Shown here piece by piece: positions 1 through 7,138 of a stretch of DNA of 19,505 bases. The position numbers and the translations under genes were made by a program. Where the stretch lies: NCBI GenBank assembly GCA_045627225.1, contig JAZQNF010000110.1:1-19505 (forward strand). The letters run 5' to 3'. This stretch comes from Bianqueaceae bacterium. Its GTDB lineage: Bacteria > Bacillota > Clostridia > Lachnospirales > Bianqueaceae. The notes beneath the pieces were generated by a model. That model was not told where the DNA came from. It ran no database searches and saw only the letters and a program-made list of their open reading frames with translations. Every line of letters starts with the position of its first letter. Within the stretch, counting starts at the first letter, position 1.

Positions 1-1
1 C

Positions 2-598
2 GGCGATGCTTCCTCCACCATGGATGCCCGTTCCGCTGACCAGTACGGCTATCCCCGCAGCGTCCACTTCGAAGTAGACGGCATCGAGGATGACGGCTTC
101 TCCGGCACCGGTTACCTCTGCACCGGTACCACCAACTGGACCCTGAACACCAACTGCAACTACACGCTGGTCAACAGCTGGAAGACCATCTGGGGCAACC
201 CCGAGATCGAGGCGGATGCAGAAGCCGCTGAGTTCGGCGATGTGGCCAAGGACGATCAGGTCAGCAAGAAGATCACCGTCAACGCGAAGGACCTTGCCGG
301 CCTCCTGAACATCGAGGCTGAAGGCGAAGGCATCGAGGTTGAGCTCGGCGAGAATTTCGACCCCAAGAAGGGCGGCGAGATCATCATCACCATCGATACC
401 TCCAAGGCCGGTGCTGTTGAGGGCACGGTCGTCATCTCCACCCCCGGCGCGGATGATATCGAGATCTCCGTCAGCGCCAACGTCAAGGGCAGCGCGGCTC
501 CCACCGGCGACAATGCGCCTCTGGAGCTCATGGCTGCTCTGATGGCTGCCTCTGCGGTCATGATCGCGCTGGTATCCAAGAAGCGCAAAAGAGCATAA
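2..598 (+). CDS. 3' portion of a secreted/cell-surface protein (5' end outside window); acidic, Gly/Thr-rich, ends in a hydrophobic helix plus basic tail (sorting-signal-like)
   Basis: Open frame runs to window start (frame 2, no upstream stop). C-terminus ...APTGDNAPLELMAALMAASAVMIALVSKKRKRA is a motif-like segment, then a hydrophobic helix, then a KKRKR tail. Rho-independent terminator immediately downstream. Confidence 0.6.
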   Translation, partial: GDASSTMDARSADQYGYPRSVHFEVDGIEDDGFSGTGYLCTGTTNWTLNTNCNYTLVNSWKTIWGNPEIEADAEAAEFGDVAKDDQVSKKITVNAKDLAGLLNIEAEGEGIEVELGENFDPKKGGEIIITIDTSKAGAVEGTVVISTPGADDIEISVSANVKGSAAPTGDNAPLELMAALMAASAVMIALVSKKRKRA

Positions 599-632
599 GT
601 TTCATGCCTTTCACTTTTCTTAAATCGAAGAA

Positions 633-659
633 GCCGTCTCGCAAGAGGCGGCTTTTTCG
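633..659 (+). terminator. Intrinsic terminator for the upstream + strand surface-protein gene
   Basis: GCCGTCTC-gcaa-GAGGCGGC stem (one G-U wobble) followed by TTTTT. Confidence 0.7.
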
Positions 660-672
660 TTCAAAAAAGAAA

Positions 673-704
673 CCCGCGTGCCGGCTATTTTGCCGGCGCA
701 CGGG
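673..704 (-). terminator. Intrinsic terminator for the AraC-family gene (bidirectional hairpin)
   Basis: CCCGCGTGCCGGC / GCCGGCGCACGGG 13-bp imperfect stem. An A-run on the + strand upstream gives a U-run on the minus transcript; a T-rich tract also follows on the + strand. Confidence 0.65.
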
Positions 705-736
705 TCTTGGTTTTCGGTACAGGCGGTTCTGCTGAT

Positions 737-1570
737 TCAGGCGAGAGGGGTCTCGGAGGCCATCTTCTGCTTGGCCTTCTGGACCTGAGCCACATATTGA
801 GAGGGCGAAACACCGAACTTGCTCTTGAACACGCGCGACATGTACAGAGGATCGTTGAAGCCGCAGCTCTGAGCGATGTCGGAGATGTTGCTGGTGCTTT
901 TAGGCAGGGCGCTTAAAAGGCTGGCCACGGACTGAAGACGGTATTCGGAAAGATAGGCGTGCGGCGTGGTGCCGAGCTGGCGCTTGAAGAGCTGACGCAG
1001 ATAGTCGCTGCTGAAGGGAAGCGTCTCCATAAAAGCGTTGAGGTCGTAAGAAGGATCCTGATAATGAGCGCAGATGCTCTCCTGGATCTCCGTGACGACG
1101 GGGTGCATCAGATTGTAGTTCTGATAAGCGATCAGATAGTTGACGATCAGATTGCCGAGCGGAGCCAGAAGGATGCTGCGGGCATTTCCCTGATTGTTGA
1201 ACTGGAGGAAGGCGTTTTCGAAGCAGTGACGAATGCTCCCCTCCGGATCGTCGTTGATGACCGTAAAATCGGTGAAGGGCAGAGTGGGCTCCTCGATATG
1301 CATGCAGAAGTTGGTAATACCGTTTTCGCTGTAGTTGCTGTGCTCCAATCCGGAAGGGATGACCACGATCTGCCCGGCGGTATAAGGCTGGATGGCCTTG
1401 CCGAAGCGGAAGTAGCCGAAGCCGGAGACGCAGTAGATCAGCTCGAGCGAAGGATGGCTGTGCAGCGGTGACGGAGCGTCGTAGGTCCGGATGAGTTTTC
1501 CGACGTGTGTGATTTGATTCAAAGAAACTCCTTTCCAAGCGGGGAGTGATAGAGAATGATCAGAGGGCAT
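737..1570 (-). CDS. AraC/XylS-family transcriptional regulator (N-terminal cupin-type sensor domain plus C-terminal double HTH)
   Basis: C-terminal ...SDIAQSCGFNDPLYMSRVFKSKFGVSPSQY is the AraC HTH signature; N-terminal HSHPSLELIYCVSGFGYFRFG...VVIPSGLEH is a cupin. The six-frame ORF extends to 1762 but that upstream part is AT-rich promoter DNA and overlaps the divergent gene. The ATG at 1570 is chosen here. An alternative TTG at 1522 has a much better RBS (GGAAAGGAG, 5-nt spacer) and may be the true start. Confidence 0.8.
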   Translation of the reverse strand: MPSDHSLSLPAWKGVSLNQITHVGKLIRTYDAPSPLHSHPSLELIYCVSGFGYFRFGKAIQPYTAGQIVVIPSGLEHSNYSENGITNFCMHIEEPTLPFTDFTVINDDPEGSIRHCFENAFLQFNNQGNARSILLAPLGNLIVNYLIAYQNYNLMHPVVTEIQESICAHYQDPSYDLNAFMETLPFSSDYLRQLFKRQLGTTPHAYLSEYRLQSVASLLSALPKSTSNISDIAQSCGFNDPLYMSRVFKSKFGVSPSQYVAQVQKAKQKMASETPLA

Positions 1571-1609
1571 ATCCCCATAAAGCCTTCGGAATTCTTTTAA
1601 AATTGATTT

Positions 1610-1640
1610 ATTATAACATATATTTCTGAAAAAATCACTA
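1610..1640 (-). promoter_or_regulatory. Candidate sigma-A promoter for the AraC gene (extended -10 TGtTATAAT)
   Basis: The minus strand reads ...ATATGTTATAATAAATC; the TATAAT corresponds to + coordinates 1610-1615 and carries a TGn extension. The -35 is weak (GTGATT/TGATTT). Confidence 0.45.
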
Positions 1641-1653
1641 AAAAACTGTGCGA

Positions 1654-1681
1654 GAAAGGTTCTTGTGCAATAAAAAAATTT
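1654..1681 (+). promoter_or_regulatory. Candidate sigma-A promoter for the SPFH/zinc-ribbon gene
   Basis: TTGTGC-N16-TAAAAT with TGG immediately upstream of the -10 (extended -10), about 65 nt upstream of the ATG at 1748, in an AT-rich divergent intergenic region. Confidence 0.55.
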
Positions 1682-1747
1682 ATGGTAAAATATAAGCATG
1701 TCGAAAACGATATTCAATGAATTCAAAACAAAGAAAGGAATATTCCT

Positions 1748-3013
1748 ATGGGACTTATTCAAGCTGGTTTAGCCTCTCTTAGCACTGTTCTTGCCGATCA
1801 GTGGAAAGAATTTTTCGTATGCGAGAGCATGTCTGCGGACGTTCTTGTCTGCAAGGGTGAAAAGCGTACCGGAAGCAAATCCTCCAATACCAAGGGAAGT
1901 GACAACATCATTTCCAACGGCTCCGGCATCGTGGTCAACGAAGGTCAGGCCATGATCATCGTAGAGCAGGGAGAAATCGTAGAGTTCTGCGCCGAGGCAG
2001 GCGAGTTCACCTACGACACCTCCTCCGAGCCCAGCATTTTTACCGGAAAGCTCGGCGAGAGCCTGCTTGAGACCTTCAAGATCCTCGGCCGCCGCTTCAC
2101 CTACGGCGGTGACACCGGAAAGGATCAGAGAGTTTATTATTTCAACACCAAGGAAATCCTTGACAATAAATTCGGTACGCCCAATCCCATTCCCTTCCGC
2201 GTGGTCGATTCCCGCATCGCGATGGATATCGATGTTGAGCTCAGCTGCTCCGGTACCTATTCCTACCGCATCACCGATCCTATGGTCTTCTATTCCAAGG
2301 TTTGCGGCAATGTATCCGGTCAGTACCGCCGTGATCAGATCGATCCCGAGCTGAAGGCTGAGTTCATCGGCGCCCTGAATCCCGCCATCGGTCAGCTTTC
2401 TGCCCTGGAGATCCGTCCCAGCCAGCTGCCCAACCACACCAGAGAGCTTGAGCAGGCCATGAAGGCCGTGCTGAACGCTGAGTGGACGGTAGGACGCGGC
2501 ATCGAAATCGACAAGATCTCTCTGACCACCGTCAAGCTGCCTGATGAGTATCAGGAAATGATCACCAACGCGCAGAAGGTTGCCATGTACAAGGATCCTG
2601 CTTACGCGACCGCTATGCTCGCGGGCTCCTACGGTGAGGCGATGGTCGACGCGGCCAACAATGCGGCCGGTGCGGTCAACGGCATCATCGGCGTCAACGC
2701 CATCGGCGGCGGCGGCATCGGCGAGCTGCTGGGCGGCCTGTACAGCCAGAACGCGGCTCCCGCTGCGGCTCCTTCGGACGGTTGGAAGTGCGAGTGCGGC
2801 TCCGTCAACACCGGCAACTTCTGCCCCAACTGCGGCAAGGCCAAGCCTGCGGCTCCTGCTGCCTGGACCTGCGCCTGCGGTTCCGTCAACACCGGCAACT
2901 TCTGCCCCAACTGCGGCAAGGCTAAGCCCGCGGCTCCTGCCGCCTGGACCTGCTCCTGCGGCGCTGTCAACACCGGCAACTTCTGCACCGCCTGCGGCAA
3001 AGGCAAAGAATAA
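1748..3013 (+). CDS. SPFH/band-7 (stomatin-prohibitin-like, COG4260 'virion core protein-like') protein with a Gly/Ala-rich linker and three C-terminal tandem zinc-ribbon repeats; resembles B. subtilis YdjI-type Psp-associated SPFH proteins
   Basis: RBS GAAAGGAA 8 nt upstream of the ATG. The N-terminus MGLIQAGLASLSTVLADQWKEFFVCESMSADVLVCKGEKRTGSKSSNTKGSDNIISNGS... is the characteristic start of the COG4260 SPFH family. The C-terminus has 3x W-x-C-x-CG-x-VNTGNFC-x-x-CGKAKP (CxC...CxxC zinc ribbons). Confidence 0.85.
   Translation: MGLIQAGLASLSTVLADQWKEFFVCESMSADVLVCKGEKRTGSKSSNTKGSDNIISNGSGIVVNEGQAMIIVEQGEIVEFCAEAGEFTYDTSSEPSIFTGKLGESLLETFKILGRRFTYGGDTGKDQRVYYFNTKEILDNKFGTPNPIPFRVVDSRIAMDIDVELSCSGTYSYRITDPMVFYSKVCGNVSGQYRRDQIDPELKAEFIGALNPAIGQLSALEIRPSQLPNHTRELEQAMKAVLNAEWTVGRGIEIDKISLTTVKLPDEYQEMITNAQKVAMYKDPAYATAMLAGSYGEAMVDAANNAAGAVNGIIGVNAIGGGGIGELLGGLYSQNAAPAAAPSDGWKCECGSVNTGNFCPNCGKAKPAAPAAWTCACGSVNTGNFCPNCGKAKPAAPAAWTCSCGAVNTGNFCTACGKGKE
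2783..3013 (+). repeat. Intragenic tandem repeat, 81-bp unit x ~2.8, encoding three zinc-ribbon modules
   Basis: Near-identical nucleotide units start at 2783, 2864 and 2945 (tggacctgcgcctgcggttccgtcaacaccggcaacttctgccccaactgcggcaaggc[c/t]aagcc...). Confidence 0.9.
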
Positions 3014-3027
3014 GCTTTGATATCGTG

Positions 3028-3060
3028 GGCAGAGGACCGCAAAGGTCTTCTGCCCTTTTA
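3028..3060 (+). terminator. Intrinsic terminator (possibly partial/attenuating) between the two zinc-ribbon genes
   Basis: GGGCAGAGGACC-gcaa-aGGTCTTCTGCCC stem followed by TTTTA; sits 15 nt after the stop at 3013 and 25 nt before the next ATG. Confidence 0.6.
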
Positions 3061-3084
3061 TCTTACAGAAAGAAGGTATATACA

Positions 3085-4029
3085 ATGGGAGTATTTGATA
3101 AAAAGTTCTGTGACATCTGCGGCGCCAAGATCGGTCTTCTGGGCAACCGCAAGCTGGATGACGGCAACCTCTGCAAGGACTGCGCCGCCAAGCTGTCGCC
3201 TTTCTTTACCGGCCGCCGCCGTTCCACCGTCGCTGACATCCGCGAGCAGCTGGCCTACCGTGAGGCCAACAAGGCCAAGCTGGCCCTGTTCCGTCCCACC
3301 GAGATCATCGGCGAGAGCGGCATGCGCGTCTACATCGACAGAGTCGCCCGCGTCTTTGCCGTCACCCGTTCCACCGATTTCAACTCTGCCAATCCCGACC
3401 TGATTCCTCTGGACCGTGTCATCTCCGTCGATGTCGACATCAAGGAAGACGCCGACGAGATCTTCACCACCGATGCCGAGGGCAAGGAGATCAGTTACGA
3501 TCCCAAGCAGTATGAGTATGAATACACCTTTGACGTCACCATCAACGTCAACTGCGATTTCTTCAGCGAGATCAAATACGAGCTGTCCTCCGGCAACCGC
3601 CCCGACAGCAAGGCCTCCGATCTGTATTTCTTCTATGAGAAGACCGCTTATCAGCTGAAGTGCGCCCTGCTCGGCGCCGATAAGGCCGGTGAGGCTCCCG
3701 TTCAGCAGACGGCTGCGGAGGAGACCGAGGCCGAGGCTGAGCCCGAGGCTTCGGAGACGGAGACCGCTCTCGCGGAGGGCGAGTGGATCTGCCCCAAGTG
3801 CGGCGAAAAGAACAGCGGCAAGTTCTGCATGAACTGCGCTGAGCCCAAGCCTGTTGTGGAAGAGTGGTTCTGCCCCAAGTGCGGCACCAAGAATACCGGT
3901 AAGTTCTGCATGAACTGCGCGACCGCCAAGCCTGTCATCGAGGAGAACCCCGAATGGTTCTGCCCCAAGTGCGGCACCAAAAACAGCGGCAAATTCTGCA
4001 GCAACTGCGCGACGGTCCGTCCCTTCTGA
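3085..4029 (+). CDS. Zinc-ribbon protein: N-terminal 4-Cys zinc ribbon (CDICG...CKDC), central beta-rich domain, acidic linker, three C-terminal tandem zinc ribbons; YdjG-like architecture
   Basis: RBS AGAAGG 8 nt before the ATG at 3085 (the six-frame ORF starts earlier at 3025, but the first ATG with an RBS is 3085). C-terminus has 3x EWxCPKCGxKNxGKFCxNCA. Strong terminator downstream. Confidence 0.85.
   Translation: MGVFDKKFCDICGAKIGLLGNRKLDDGNLCKDCAAKLSPFFTGRRRSTVADIREQLAYREANKAKLALFRPTEIIGESGMRVYIDRVARVFAVTRSTDFNSANPDLIPLDRVISVDVDIKEDADEIFTTDAEGKEISYDPKQYEYEYTFDVTINVNCDFFSEIKYELSSGNRPDSKASDLYFFYEKTAYQLKCALLGADKAGEAPVQQTAAEETEAEAEPEASETETALAEGEWICPKCGEKNSGKFCMNCAEPKPVVEEWFCPKCGTKNTGKFCMNCATAKPVIEENPEWFCPKCGTKNSGKFCSNCATVRPF
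3784..4026 (+). repeat. Intragenic tandem repeat (81/90-bp units x3) encoding three zinc-ribbon modules of the same subtype as in the upstream gene
   Basis: Units start at 3784, 3865 and 3955 (tgg[a/t]tctgccccaagtgcgg...aa[g/a]ttctgca[t/g]gaactgcgc). Confidence 0.9.
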
Positions 4030-4052
4030 AATAGCTGAAACAGACACTCCGG

Positions 4053-4088
4053 GTCTGCCTCCTGTCATGGGAGGCAGACCTTTTTCAT
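4053..4088 (+). terminator. Strong intrinsic terminator
   Basis: GGTCTGCCTCC-tgtcatg-GGAGGCAGACC perfect 11-bp stem followed by TTTTTCATC. Confidence 0.85.
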
Positions 4089-4143
4089 CTCCGCGTTGTC
4101 CTCTCCGGGGATGTTTTGCGCTACAGCCCGTTTAGTTGCCACT

Positions 4144-4171
4144 TGCAAAAAAAAAGCCTCCGTGATATAAT
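4144..4171 (+). promoter_or_regulatory. Near-consensus sigma-A promoter (TTGCAA-N17-TATAAT, extended TG)
   Basis: ttgcaaaaaaaaagcctccgtgaTATAAT; TGa precedes the -10. About 55 nt upstream of the ATG at 4228. Confidence 0.7.
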
Positions 4172-4227
4172 ACTGAAAGTATGTTATCTGCATGCGTCAC
4201 TTAGAATTCCCAGCAGGAGATCGGTTC

Positions 4228-4605
4228 ATGATTAAGCAGGAAAAGATCAGACAGATGGTGCAGAACGAGCTTTATCTTCAGACTCAGTACAAGAAGGATA
4301 AGTTCGCGATCCATTATTTCAAGGCCGATTATGTCGCTCTTCAGCGGCTCAAGGCCATCATTCTGTTTGTTGTTTTGTATATCATTTATATTCTCTTTTA
4401 TGTTGTCAAGCTCTTTTATGTAGACAACGGAGACATGCTTCATTTTGATTATCAGGGCTTTGTCATCGAAAAAGTCATTTGGATGTTTGTCCTGGGCCTT
4501 ATTGTGGGCGGCTTGGCGACCTTTATTGCGTCCCGCCGTTACGAGGAGGCGGCCGAGCGCATCATCGAGCATGAGGATGCGGTTCAGGAAATCGTCGAAA
4601 TGTAA
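4228..4605 (+). CDS. Small membrane protein (125 aa, two predicted TM helices), unknown function
   Basis: RBS AGGAGA 7 nt before the ATG at 4228 (first in-frame ATG after the six-frame ORF start at 4192). Hydrophobic segments AIILFVVLYIIYILFYVV and VIWMFVLGLIVGGLATFIA. Markedly lower GC than neighbours. Confidence 0.6.
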   Translation: MIKQEKIRQMVQNELYLQTQYKKDKFAIHYFKADYVALQRLKAIILFVVLYIIYILFYVVKLFYVDNGDMLHFDYQGFVIEKVIWMFVLGLIVGGLATFIASRRYEEAAERIIEHEDAVQEIVEM

Positions 4606-4643
4606 GCAGTCGGGTAAACCCTACCGAAAAGTGAGGATGAGTC

Positions 4644-6191
4644 ATGAGTTCGAAAAAACGCAGTAAAGCCAATAAAAGTATGGACAAGCTTCGCGCCGTT
4701 CTGAACGTCGGCGTCAAGAAGCTGAGCCCGGTCCTGCCCTTCGTGGCTAAATTTATCGGGTTCTTTCTTGCCTTCCGACTGGCGGCCGGCACGGATCTGT
4801 ACGATCTCAGCGGTCTGTTCGGCGGTATTCTCTGCAAGAGCTATGTGCATGTGGCTCTGGCGCTCATGTGTGCGCTGCTTCCCAGCCGCTTCGGAACGCT
4901 TTTGGTCATATTGTTCATTTCGGTGGGCCTGGTCAAGGCGTCCATCATGGGCGGCGCCCTGCTGGCCGTATTCATGCTGGTCATTTTCCTGGTGACCGTT
5001 TGCTTCGTCCCGGATTATGTCTATTTTCTGCTTCTGCTCCCGTTTTTGATCAGCAAGGGCTTTTATCTGCTCCTTCCGCTTCTGGCGGGGCTTTTCGGCT
5101 CCCCTCTGGCGGTCATTGCCATCTTTATGGGCGTCTTCATGTGGGGCATTTATCTGATCGCGCCGGCGCTTCTCAGCGTTCAGTCGATCTCGGCGGATAT
5201 GGAGCTGAAGGATATCATCAAGGAGCTTCCCTCCCTGCTTACCTACACCTCTGATTACGGTGTCAAGGAGCTGGTCAAGAATAAATCGCTTCTGATCGTC
5301 GCCATGGTGCTGTGCGCCGTCTGCTTCCTTTGCTGGCTTCTGTGCAAGCTCCGCACGAATTATAACCGCTATATCGCCATCGCTGCGGCCGGATTTTTCG
5401 GCCTTCTGGGTCTTCTGGTCGGAAAGAGCCTGTGGGGCATGTACGGCACGACCGGGCTGATCGTTCTGCTTGCTTTTGCGGCCATGGCGATCTGCGCCCT
5501 GCTTTGCTTCCTGGATCTGCCTCTTGACTACAAGGGTGTCCGCAATATCAGTTTCAGCGATGATGAGTATTTCTATCAGGTCCGCCTGACGCCTCTGTCC
5601 TCCGGCTTCACGGCCGCCCGCTCGGCCATGCTGGACAAAAAGAGCAAGAAAAAGGCCAAGGCTGAGGAAGCTGAAAAAGCGAAGGAAGACGAGGACAAGG
5701 ACATCAAGCGCGTTTCCAAAGCTTCCAAAGCGGAAGAAGGCGAGCTTTCCGAGGCAGAGCTTTCCGAGGATCAGAAAAAGGCGGAGACCAAGGTGCTGAG
5801 CAAGGCTGAGACCAGAGAGATCCGCGATGCGGCTGACGAAAAGGCCAAAAAGGCCGAAAAGGCTGCCGCCGAAAAAGAAGCTGCCGAAAAGGCTGCCGCT
5901 GAAAAGGCAGCTGCCAAAAAGGCTGAGGCAGAAAAGGCCAAGGCTGAGAAGGCGGCCAAAAAGGCTGCCAGAGAGGCTGAGGCGGCAGAAAAGAAGGCCA
6001 AAAAAGAAGCCAAGGAGGCTTCCGAAAAGGCCGAAGGAAAAGATGAAAAATCCGCAGGCAAGAGCCTCCGCGGACTGCTGTCTTCTTTGAAAAAGGAGGC
6101 CGAGCAGACGGCGGAGGAGGCCGACGAGGCGGTTGATGAGATCCGTGATGTGCTGGATTCCTTTGAAGAGGAGACCGGCAAAGAGAAATAA
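4644..6191 (+). CDS. Polytopic membrane protein (~9-10 TM helices) with a ~180-aa C-terminal highly charged K/E/A-rich (coiled-coil-like) tail, unknown function
   Basis: RBS GAGGATGAG before the ATG. N-terminal 330 aa have multiple hydrophobic helices. The C-terminus is AEKAAAEKEAAEKAAAEKAAAKKAEAEKAKAEKAAKK... The antisense 540-aa ORF is low-complexity mirror translation. Confidence 0.8.
   Translation: MSSKKRSKANKSMDKLRAVLNVGVKKLSPVLPFVAKFIGFFLAFRLAAGTDLYDLSGLFGGILCKSYVHVALALMCALLPSRFGTLLVILFISVGLVKASIMGGALLAVFMLVIFLVTVCFVPDYVYFLLLLPFLISKGFYLLLPLLAGLFGSPLAVIAIFMGVFMWGIYLIAPALLSVQSISADMELKDIIKELPSLLTYTSDYGVKELVKNKSLLIVAMVLCAVCFLCWLLCKLRTNYNRYIAIAAAGFFGLLGLLVGKSLWGMYGTTGLIVLLAFAAMAICALLCFLDLPLDYKGVRNISFSDDEYFYQVRLTPLSSGFTAARSAMLDKKSKKKAKAEEAEKAKEDEDKDIKRVSKASKAEEGELSEAELSEDQKKAETKVLSKAETREIRDAADEKAKKAEKAAAEKEAAEKAAAEKAAAKKAEAEKAKAEKAAKKAAREAEAAEKKAKKEAKEASEKAEGKDEKSAGKSLRGLLSSLKKEAEQTAEEADEAVDEIRDVLDSFEEETGKEK
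5830..6010 (+). repeat. Low-complexity imperfect tandem nucleotide repeat (gccgaaaaggctgccgc-like units) encoding the AEKAAA repeats
   Basis: Direct visual repeats of gaaaaggc[tc]gccg[cg] motifs across 5830-6010. Confidence 0.6.
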
Positions 6192-6250
6192 GGTTTTCCC
6201 GAACAACTGAATATCCTACAGAGAGATAATTACCGAAAGGGGGGAAGGAC

Positions 6251-7138
6251 ATGAAAGCATTCTTTATGAATTTGTTTGATGCGGCTGCATCTGCGATCAA
6301 ATGGTCCTTCTCCACTTTTCGTTTTACCGATGCGCTCGACATCATCGTCATCGCGGTCCTGATCTTTTATCTGCTGAGCTGGATCCGCCGGACCAAGGCG
6401 TGGACGCTTCTGAAGGGCATCGCGGTGCTGGCGATTTTGTGGCTTGTCGCGCGCATCCTTACGCTCAACATGCTGGTGTGGATCTTTGAGCGAACGCTGA
6501 GCGTCGGCATCCTCGCGGTCGTCATCATCTTCCAACCGGAGATCCGGCGCGCGCTGGAGCGTCTCGGTCAGGGAAAGCTCATTACCCGCTTCTTCACGAC
6601 CGGTACGCCTACCGAACGCTTCATGAAGGGCGAGGAGGTCCAGGAGCTGATCGATGCGCTGCGCGCCATGGCCAAGGTCAAGACGGGCGCCCTGATCTGC
6701 ATCGAGGAGAAGGTCAGCCTGGATGAGTACGTCCAGACGGGCATCACGGTCGACGGAGCCCTTACCTCTCAGCTGCTGATCAATATTTTCGAAAAGAACA
6801 CACCGCTTCACGACGGCGCGGTCATTATCCGCAACGGACGTGTCGAGGCGGCCACCTGCTATCTGCCCCTTTCCCAGGATGCAACCATCAGCAAGGAGCT
6901 GGGGACGCGCCACCGCGCCGCCATCGGTCTGACGGAGCTGACGGACAGCAAGGTCTTTGTCGTCTCCGAGGAGACCGGTCAGGTCTCGATGGCCTACAGC
7001 GGCCGCATCTTCCGCAACATCAGCGATGAGTTCATCCGCCGCGAGCTTCTGGGCGACGAGACCGTCCGGAAGACGAGCTATATGCTTTCCGTGGAAAAGC
7101 TGTTCCGCAGAAAGGAGAAAAAAGATGAAGCTGACTGA
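6251..7138 (+). CDS. cdaA: Diadenylate cyclase CdaA (DisA_N/DAC domain, three N-terminal TM helices)
   Basis: RBS AAAGGGGGGAAGGA before the ATG. DAC motifs ...LHDGAVIIRNGRVEAATCYLPLS...GTRHRAAIGLTE..., an N-terminal membrane anchor, and the canonical downstream partner cdaR. Confidence 0.95.
   Translation: MKAFFMNLFDAAASAIKWSFSTFRFTDALDIIVIAVLIFYLLSWIRRTKAWTLLKGIAVLAILWLVARILTLNMLVWIFERTLSVGILAVVIIFQPEIRRALERLGQGKLITRFFTTGTPTERFMKGEEVQELIDALRAMAKVKTGALICIEEKVSLDEYVQTGITVDGALTSQLLINIFEKNTPLHDGAVIIRNGRVEAATCYLPLSQDATISKELGTRHRAAIGLTELTDSKVFVVSEETGQVSMAYSGRIFRNISDEFIRRELLGDETVRKTSYMLSVEKLFRRKEKKDEAD

Noticed and set aside
529-598. LPXTG sortase signal in the first ORF
   Set aside because: No LPXTG, SPKTG or NPQTN pentapeptide precedes the hydrophobic helix; only the general tripartite architecture is present.
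1571-1762. N-terminal 64-aa extension of the AraC ORF (six-frame start at 1762)
   Set aside because: The region is AT-rich promoter DNA containing the divergent promoters, would overlap the start of the + strand gene at 1748, and has no RBS. An internal ATG (1570) or TTG (1522, strong RBS) is the real start.
3025-3084. Upstream extension of the YdjG-like ORF to the ATG at 3025
   Set aside because: It would start inside the terminator hairpin of the upstream gene with no RBS; the ATG at 3085 has an RBS and begins with a conserved MGVFDKKFCDICG zinc-ribbon start.
1769-3085. 438-aa minus-strand ORF antisense to the SPFH/zinc-ribbon gene
   Set aside because: Mirror-frame artefact of a high-GC coding region: Ala/Gly/Arg-rich low-complexity translation, no RBS, and it fully overlaps a gene with clear domain architecture.
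2783-4026. Regularly spaced direct repeats considered as a possible CRISPR array
   Set aside because: The repeats are in-frame 81/90-bp coding units for zinc-ribbon modules with conserved Cys codons; there are no unique spacers and no cas genes.
3058-4068. 336-aa minus-strand ORF antisense to the YdjG-like gene
   Set aside because: Same antisense artefact; its translation is repetitive (AALGAEP... mirrors the zinc-ribbon repeats).
4228-4605. Low-GC small membrane-protein gene as a horizontally acquired or mobile element
   Set aside because: No flanking repeats, integrase or transposase. The low GC is largely explained by Ile/Phe/Tyr/Leu-rich TM codons, so only a mild compositional note is made.
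4584-6206. 540-aa minus-strand ORF antisense to the polytopic membrane protein
   Set aside because: Low-complexity translation (FFFGLLF..., ASFLAFF...), no start context; the + strand gene has an RBS and a coherent TM topology.
6957-7124. Upstream extension of the cdaR ORF to 6957
   Set aside because: It would overlap 180 bp of cdaA in another frame; the ATG at 7125 has an AAAGGAG RBS and the classic short cdaA/cdaR overlap.
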